A stretch of DNA of 32,000 nt from Pseudomonas aeruginosa (GTDB lineage: Bacteria; Pseudomonadota; Gammaproteobacteria; Pseudomonadales; Pseudomonadaceae). The translations under genes were made by a program, and so were the position numbers. The DNA is taken from the NCBI RefSeq assembly GCF_001457615.1, contig NZ_LN831024.1, positions 3,030,001-3,062,000 of the forward strand, written 5' to 3'. The notes below the pieces were generated by a model that saw only the letters and a list, made by a program, of their open reading frames with translations, was not told the origin of the DNA and searched no databases. How positions within the stretch are numbered: position 1 is the first letter of the stretch; each line of letters opens with the position of its first letter. Of this stretch, positions 26,903-32,000 are shown one piece after another.

Positions 26903-28234
26903 ATGAGCGAATCAATCGCCGGCGCTTCATTGAAGCGCACGCTGGGTCCGTTTTCCGTTCTGCTGTTCGGTCTGGCGTTCCTCGCTCCGTTGATCGTGTT
27001 CGGCACCTATGGCGTGATCACGCAGGCCAGCGGCAACACCACTGCGATGGCCTACCTGATCGCGGCAATCGGCGTGGTGTTCACGGCCTTGAGCTATGGC
27101 CGGCTGGTCAGGGTGTTCCCGGTCGCCGGTTCGGCCTACACCTATACCCGCAAGATGCTGAGCGCGAACCTCGGCTTCATGGTGGGCTGGGCCGCCCTGC
27201 TCGATTACTTCTTCATCCCGATGCTGATCTGGCTGCTCGGCGCCAGCTACCTCAACATGGCCTTTCCAGAGGTGCCGCAATGGGTGTGGATCATCGGCTT
27301 CATCGTCTCCACCTCGCTGCTTAATATCCTGGGCATCCAGGTCGCCAACCGCTTCAACGTGCTGTTGATGGTCGCGCAACTGGCCATCATCGTCGTGTTC
27401 ATCGGCCTGTGCGTGCACTACATCGTCGCGGCCAACGGCCCTGGCGGGCTGCTGTCGGCCAAGCCGTTCTTCAACCCGGACGTGTCTTTCGCCACCAGCA
27501 TGGCCGGCGCCGCCATTGCCGCGTACTCGTTCCTGGGCTTCGACGCGCTGTCCACGCTCAGCGAGGAGACCCGCGACCCGGGCCGGACACTGCCGCGCGC
27601 GATCCTGCTGGTCGCATTGATCGGCGGTTCGGTCTACGTCGGCTCGTCGTACTTCATGTACCTGGCGCACCCCTCCCCCGCCTTCGAGCATGTGGACGGC
27701 GCCGCCTTCGAGATCGCCCGCATGATCGGCGGCGACCTGTTCTTCGCCGTGGTCCTGGCGGGGATCATCATCGCCCACTTCGCCGCAGGCATGTCGTTCC
27801 AGGCCAGCGTGGGCCGGCTGCTGTACGCCCTGGGGCGGGACAACCAACTGCCGCGCAAGCTGTTCGGTGTCCTGCATCCTCGCTACAAGACCCCGGCCTT
27901 CAACATTCTGCTCTGCGGCATTTTCGGCTGCGCGGGTTTTGCCCTGACGATCGCCACCGCGACGTCCCTGGTCAATTTCGGCGCGTTTCTCGCCTTCAGT
28001 GCAGTCAACCTTTGCGCGTTGCGGCTCTCCTTCGATACCCGCCTCGGAGACGGGGCGGGCTTGCTGCGCGGGGTGCTCTGCCCGCTCGTTGGCCTGGTCA
28101 CGGCCGGGTGGATGCTGGTCAGCCTGGATAAAGACGCGCTGATCATGGGCTGTAGCTGGCTGGGCCTGGGGGCGGTCTATCTCGCTTGCCGGACCAGCTT
28201 CTTCCGCAACCCGGTGCCCGACGCGCTGGCGTAG
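26903..28234 (+). CDS. APC-superfamily amino acid/polyamine permease, PuuP/PlaP (putrescine importer)-like
   Basis: 443 aa, about 12 TM. AGSAYTYT, GFMVGW..LLDY, FPEVPQWVW, FLGFDALSTLSEETRDP and RLLYALGRDNQLP closely track E. coli PuuP as I remember it. GAAGGAGG SD. Confidence 0.85.
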   Translation: MSESIAGASLKRTLGPFSVLLFGLAFLAPLIVFGTYGVITQASGNTTAMAYLIAAIGVVFTALSYGRLVRVFPVAGSAYTYTRKMLSANLGFMVGWAALLDYFFIPMLIWLLGASYLNMAFPEVPQWVWIIGFIVSTSLLNILGIQVANRFNVLLMVAQLAIIVVFIGLCVHYIVAANGPGGLLSAKPFFNPDVSFATSMAGAAIAAYSFLGFDALSTLSEETRDPGRTLPRAILLVALIGGSVYVGSSYFMYLAHPSPAFEHVDGAAFEIARMIGGDLFFAVVLAGIIIAHFAAGMSFQASVGRLLYALGRDNQLPRKLFGVLHPRYKTPAFNILLCGIFGCAGFALTIATATSLVNFGAFLAFSAVNLCALRLSFDTRLGDGAGLLRGVLCPLVGLVTAGWMLVSLDKDALIMGCSWLGLGAVYLACRTSFFRNPVPDALA

Positions 28235-28312
28235 CGACCACCCTTCTATCGAACGCTCTGACAACAACCACAAGGCCGGCTTCGAGCCTGCCCTTCAATG
28301 GCGAGAATCGAT

Positions 28313-29737
28313 ATGCAAACCAAACTTCTGATCAATGGTGCCCTGGTGGCCGGCGAAGGCGAGAGCCACGCGGTGTACAACCCGTCCCAGGGCAACGTCC
28401 TGGTGCGAATTACCGAGGCCAGCGGTGCCCAGGTCCATGCCGCGGTGCAGAGCGCGGATGCGGCCTTCGACGCCTGGTCGCAAACGCCGCCCAAGGATCG
28501 CGCGGCCCTGCTGCTCAAGCTCGCCGAGCGCATCGATGCCCAGGCGCACGTGTTCGCTCGCCTGGAGGCGGACAACTGCGGCAAGCCTTTCAACGCCGTG
28601 CTGCTGGACGAACTGCCCGCCGTGTCGGACGTGTTCCGTTTCTTCGCCGGCGCCGTGCGCTGCCTTCAGGGCTCGGCGGCGGGAGAGTACGTCGCGGGGC
28701 ATACCTCGATGATCCGCCGCGACGCGGTGGGCGTGGTCGCCTCCATCGCGCCGTGGAACTATCCGTTGTTGATGGCAGCGTGGAAACTCGGCCCGGCATT
28801 GGCCGGCGGCAACACCGTGGTGCTGAAACCGTCGGAGCACACGCCGCTGAGTACCTTGAAACTGGGCGAGCTGCTTGCCGAGATCTTCCCCGCCGGCGTG
28901 GTCAACATCGTCCACGGTCGAGGTGCCTCGGTGGGTGAGCCGCTGACCAGCCATGCCCAGGTGCGCATGGTGTCGCTGACCGGCTCCGTGCGCACCGGCA
29001 GCCGGATCATCGAAGGTACGGCCGAGAGCGTGAAACGCATGCACATGGAGTTGGGGGGCAAGGCTCCTGTACTGATCTTCGACGATGCCGACATCGACGC
29101 CGCCGTCGAAGGCATCCGCACCTTCGGCTTCTACAACGCCGGCCAGGACTGTACCGCCGCGTGCCGCCTCTATGTGCAGAAAGGGGTCTACCAGGAGTTC
29201 GTTCGCAAGCTCGGCGAGGCCGTATCCAGCATCCGGTGCGGGCTGCCGGACGATCCGGCGACCGAGATGGGACCGCTGATCACCAAGGAGCATCTGGAGC
29301 GTGTCGAGGGGTTCGTGAACCGTGCCAGGGAGTTGCCGCACATCGAAGTGGTCACCGGCGGCAAGCGCGCCGAGGGTGCCGGCTTCTTCTTCGAGCCGAC
29401 GGTCCTGGCCGGCGCTACGCAGGAGGATGAGGTGGTGCGCCGCGAGATCTTCGGCCCGGTGGTGACCGTCTCGTCGTTCGAGGATGAAGCCCAGGCGCTG
29501 GCTTGGGCGAACGACTCCGACTACGGCCTGGCGTCTTCGGTATGGACCGCCGATGTGGGGCGCGCTCATCGCCTGGCCGCCCGCCTGCAATACGGCTGCA
29601 CCTGGGTCAACACCCACTTCATGCTGGTCAGCGAAATGCCCCACGGCGGGGTCAAGCTGTCCGGCTACGGCAAGGACCTGTCGATGTACGGCCTGGAAGA
29701 CTACACCGTGGTGCGCCACGTGATGTTCAAGCACTGA
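28313..29737 (+). CDS. patD: Gamma-aminobutyraldehyde (omega-aminoaldehyde) dehydrogenase, PatD/Prr-like
   Basis: ORF 28298..29737, trimmed to [17 protein letters not shown] (E. coli PatD starts MQHKLLINGELVSGEGE as I recall). Near-collinear similarity through to the C-terminus ([14 protein letters not shown]). Catalytic ELGGKAP and GQDCTAACR. Confidence 0.85.
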   Translation: MQTKLLINGALVAGEGESHAVYNPSQGNVLVRITEASGAQVHAAVQSADAAFDAWSQTPPKDRAALLLKLAERIDAQAHVFARLEADNCGKPFNAVLLDELPAVSDVFRFFAGAVRCLQGSAAGEYVAGHTSMIRRDAVGVVASIAPWNYPLLMAAWKLGPALAGGNTVVLKPSEHTPLSTLKLGELLAEIFPAGVVNIVHGRGASVGEPLTSHAQVRMVSLTGSVRTGSRIIEGTAESVKRMHMELGGKAPVLIFDDADIDAAVEGIRTFGFYNAGQDCTAACRLYVQKGVYQEFVRKLGEAVSSIRCGLPDDPATEMGPLITKEHLERVEGFVNRARELPHIEVVTGGKRAEGAGFFFEPTVLAGATQEDEVVRREIFGPVVTVSSFEDEAQALAWANDSDYGLASSVWTADVGRAHRLAARLQYGCTWVNTHFMLVSEMPHGGVKLSGYGKDLSMYGLEDYTVVRHVMFKH

Positions 29738-29782
29738 CCGCCCACACCCCGGACTACCCAGATCATTTTTCAAGAGGTTTGC

Positions 29783-31036
29783 ATGAACAACATCGAGACG
29801 TTCGAAAGGCTCGAATCCAACGTGCGGATGTACTGCCGCGACTTGCCCCTGGTGTTCGATACCGCCCAAGGCAGCAGGATCCGCGGCGAAGATGGCCGCG
29901 AATACCTGGACTTCTTCGCCGGCGCCGGCGCCCTGAACTATGGCCACAACGACCCGCGCATGCGCGATGCGCTGATCGCGTATCTGTCGGCCAACGGCGT
30001 GACCCACGCCCTCGACCTGCACACCACCACCAAGCGCCAGTTCCTGGAAGCGATCGAGCGCGACCTGTTCAAGCCACGCGGCTGGGACTACAAGGTCCAG
30101 TTCACCGGCCCGACCGGTGCCGACGCCGTCGAGGCGGCGTTGAAGCTGGCGCGCAAGGCGACCGGGCGTACCAAGGTCGTATCGTTCTACGGGGCTTACC
30201 ACGGCATGACCGCCGGCGCCCTGGCCGTCACCGGCAACCGCACTCGCCGTGGCCCTGGGCTTTCCACCGACGTGGTGTTCGTGCCCTACGAAGACAGCCC
30301 CTATGGCGAATTCGACAGCATTGGCTTCCTCGAGCGCCTGGCCAACGACCAGGGCAGCGGCTCGGAGCTGCCGGCGGCGGTGATCGTCGAGTCGGTGCAG
30401 ATCCAGGCCGGCGTCTACCCGGCTTCCAACCAATGGCTGCAACGCTTGCGCAAGTGGACCACCGACCACGGCGTGCTGCTTATCTGCGACGAGATCCAGG
30501 CCGGTTGCGGCCGCACCGGCGACTTCTTCGGCTTCGAGCGCTCCGGGGTGGTGCCGGACCTGATCACCTGCGCCAAATCGATCGGCGGCTTCGGCCTGCC
30601 GATGGCGATCGTGTTGCTTCGTGCCGGGCTGGATGTATGGCAACCGGGCGATCACATCGGCACCTTCCGCGGCAACCAGTTGGCGTTCCTGACCGCCCGC
30701 ATCGCGCTCAGCTATTGGCACGATGAGCAGTTCCTGAAATTGCTGGCCGGCAACTGCGCGGCCATGGAGCGCGCAGTTGCCGGCTTTGCGGAAATTCCAG
30801 GCGTCGCGTCCGCGCGTTGTCGCGGCATGATCGCCGGCATCGATTTCGGCCGCGGCAACGTCGAGGTCGCCAAGGACGCCCAGCAGCGCGTGCTGCAAGC
30901 GGGCGTGCTGGTCGACCGCTGCGGCCCGAATGGCGAAATCATCAAGCTGATGCCACCGCTGAACACTCCGACCGACCAACTCGAAGACGGCCTCAGGGCC
31001 TTCGGCGAATCGGTCGCGGCAGCGCTGGGCGAATAG
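29783..31036 (+). CDS. Class-III PLP aminotransferase of the diaminobutyrate--2-oxoglutarate transaminase (EctB/Dat/PvdH) type
   Basis: 417 aa. N-terminal FERLESNVRMYCRDLPLVFDTAQG...YLDFFAGAGALNYGHNDP is the signature N-terminus of DABA transaminases. DEIQAGCGRTG motif and PLP-Lys region TCAKSIGG. AAGAGG SD. Confidence 0.85.
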   Translation: MNNIETFERLESNVRMYCRDLPLVFDTAQGSRIRGEDGREYLDFFAGAGALNYGHNDPRMRDALIAYLSANGVTHALDLHTTTKRQFLEAIERDLFKPRGWDYKVQFTGPTGADAVEAALKLARKATGRTKVVSFYGAYHGMTAGALAVTGNRTRRGPGLSTDVVFVPYEDSPYGEFDSIGFLERLANDQGSGSELPAAVIVESVQIQAGVYPASNQWLQRLRKWTTDHGVLLICDEIQAGCGRTGDFFGFERSGVVPDLITCAKSIGGFGLPMAIVLLRAGLDVWQPGDHIGTFRGNQLAFLTARIALSYWHDEQFLKLLAGNCAAMERAVAGFAEIPGVASARCRGMIAGIDFGRGNVEVAKDAQQRVLQAGVLVDRCGPNGEIIKLMPPLNTPTDQLEDGLRAFGESVAAALGE

Positions 31037-31124
31037 CTGCCAGGGTCACCCTTCGGCCTGTGTTGAAGCGCAGGCCGGAGACCTGTTGGACATCAGCCAG
31101 AACAATAATCAGGAGACCTCGAGC

Positions 31125-32000
31125 GTGCGTGAACACAATGATGAAAGCTTCGAGTTCGAAGTGTCCGTGATCGGGCTCGGAGCCATGGGAACCATCATGG
31201 CCCAAGCGTTGCTCAGGCAAGGCAGGCGCGTGGCGATCTGGAACCGCTCACCCGGCAAGGCCGCGGCGCTCGTCGCCGCTGGCGCTCACCTGTGCGAGAG
31301 CGCCGAAGCCGCGCTGGCTGCAAGCCCGGCCACGATCTTCGTGCTCCTGGACAACCAGGCGACCCACGAGGTGCTCGGGATGCCAGGTGTGATGCAGGCA
31401 CTGGCCAACCGTACGATCGTCGATTACACGACCAACGCCCGGGACGAGGGCCTGGCGCTTCAGAGTCTCGTCAACCGCGCGGGCGGCCATTACGTCAAAG
31501 GGATGATCGTGGCCTACCCGCGCAACGTTGGTCGTCGCGAAAGCCACAGCATTCATACCGGTGATCCTGAGGCCTTCGAACGGCATCGGGCGCTGCTTGA
31601 GGGGCTTGCCGGCCATACGACGTTCCTCCCCTGGGACGAAGCATTGGCCTTCGCCACCGTGCTCCACGCGCATGCGTTTGCCGCGATGGTGGCTTTCTTC
31701 GAGGCCGTGGGGGCTGGTGTCCACTTCGGCCTGCCGCCTTCGAAGACCGCTCGGCTCATGCTCGACACGTCGCGCTTTTTCGTCGCCGATGCACTCGAGG
31801 AAGCGGTCCGTCGGCTGGAAGCGCAGGATTTCGCAGGCGATCAGGCGAGGCTCGATGTACATGCCCAGGCCTTCGCCCATATCGCCGGAGCCCTGCACGC
31901 ACAAGGGACCTGGACGCCGGTCTTCGACGCGCTGTGCCAGGCCGTGCAACGCGCGGCAGCCATGGGCTATGGCGACCAGGACATCGTAGCCGTCACCCGC
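31125..32000 (+). CDS. NAD(P)-dependent oxidoreductase of the 6PGDH-like / beta-hydroxyacid-dehydrogenase superfamily, imine-reductase-like (3' end beyond the window)
   Basis: Not in the ORF track (no stop in the window). GTG at 31125 with an AGGAG SD 9 nt upstream. Open frame to position 32000. The translation begins VREHNDESFEFEVSVIGLGAMGTIMAQALLRQGRRVAIWNRSPGKAAALVAAGA (Rossmann GxGxxG). The helical C-terminal domain (...ARLDVHAQAFAHIAGALHAQG...AAAMGYGDQD) resembles imine reductases. Confidence 0.75.
   Translation, partial: MREHNDESFEFEVSVIGLGAMGTIMAQALLRQGRRVAIWNRSPGKAAALVAAGAHLCESAEAALAASPATIFVLLDNQATHEVLGMPGVMQALANRTIVDYTTNARDEGLALQSLVNRAGGHYVKGMIVAYPRNVGRRESHSIHTGDPEAFERHRALLEGLAGHTTFLPWDEALAFATVLHAHAFAAMVAFFEAVGAGVHFGLPPSKTARLMLDTSRFFVADALEEAVRRLEAQDFAGDQARLDVHAQAFAHIAGALHAQGTWTPVFDALCQAVQRAAAMGYGDQDIVAVTR

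Noticed and set aside
28295-30979. 894-aa minus-strand ORF spanning the ALDH and aminotransferase genes. Similar long antisense ORFs occur at 311..1648(+), 1762..3201(+), 10636..11565(-), 13211..14248(+), 15352..16473(+), 25748..26878(-), 26927..28273(-) and 23071..23823(-).
   Set aside because: All lie exactly opposite genes with clear family motifs. Their products are low-complexity and Arg/Ala/Gly/Pro/His-rich, with no motifs or SD. Stop-free antisense frames are expected in DNA this GC-rich.
1-32000. Search for CRISPR repeats, IS elements or transposases, integrases, phage genes, toxin-antitoxin pairs and known defence-system genes
   Set aside because: No regularly spaced direct repeats, no terminal inverted repeats flanking an ORF, and no product resembling a recombinase, nuclease-ATPase pair or small TA module was seen in any frame.

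Overview
High-GC, Pseudomonas-type chromosome. The organisation and product lengths at the left edge match what I recall of the P. aeruginosa psl locus, but this was not checked against any database. I support 26 protein-coding genes. There are no rRNA or tRNA genes, no CRISPR array, and no transposase or integrase.

Left part (1-7860): the start of the psl exopolysaccharide operon on the minus strand (pslC 5' end, pslB, pslA). Its upstream region carries two FleQ-box-like palindromes. Five small housekeeping-looking genes follow: an SLT-like lipoprotein, a MOSC protein, an SDR, a glycine-zipper protein and an MBL-fold hydrolase.

A roughly 700-bp AT-richer gap with no credible ORF (7860-8570) precedes what looks like an accessory metabolic island that runs to the right edge. 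In order it contains:
- an orphan membrane protein
- a PucR-family regulator divergent from a PhyH-family dioxygenase
- a four-gene envelope module of unknown function (DUF1329, DUF1302, RND/MMPL transporter, BNR/Ycf48-like propeller)
- an operon of a second PhyH paralog, a PuuB-like FAD amine oxidoreductase and a low-GC 7-TM protein
- a TetR regulator
- a Baeyer-Villiger monooxygenase plus esterase pair
- a diamine-type operon: Fe-ADH, PuuP-like permease, PatD-like aminoaldehyde dehydrogenase, DABA-type aminotransferase, and an imine-reductase-like gene missing from the ORF track because it runs off the window

The most interesting signal is a tandem 13-bp operator-like array (RGTCAAW-NGATCA). 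It is conserved upstream of three transcription units: the envelope module, PhyH2/tetR, and the BVMO. This suggests one regulon. Everything rests on reading the sequence and remembered family signatures. No searches or computations were run.
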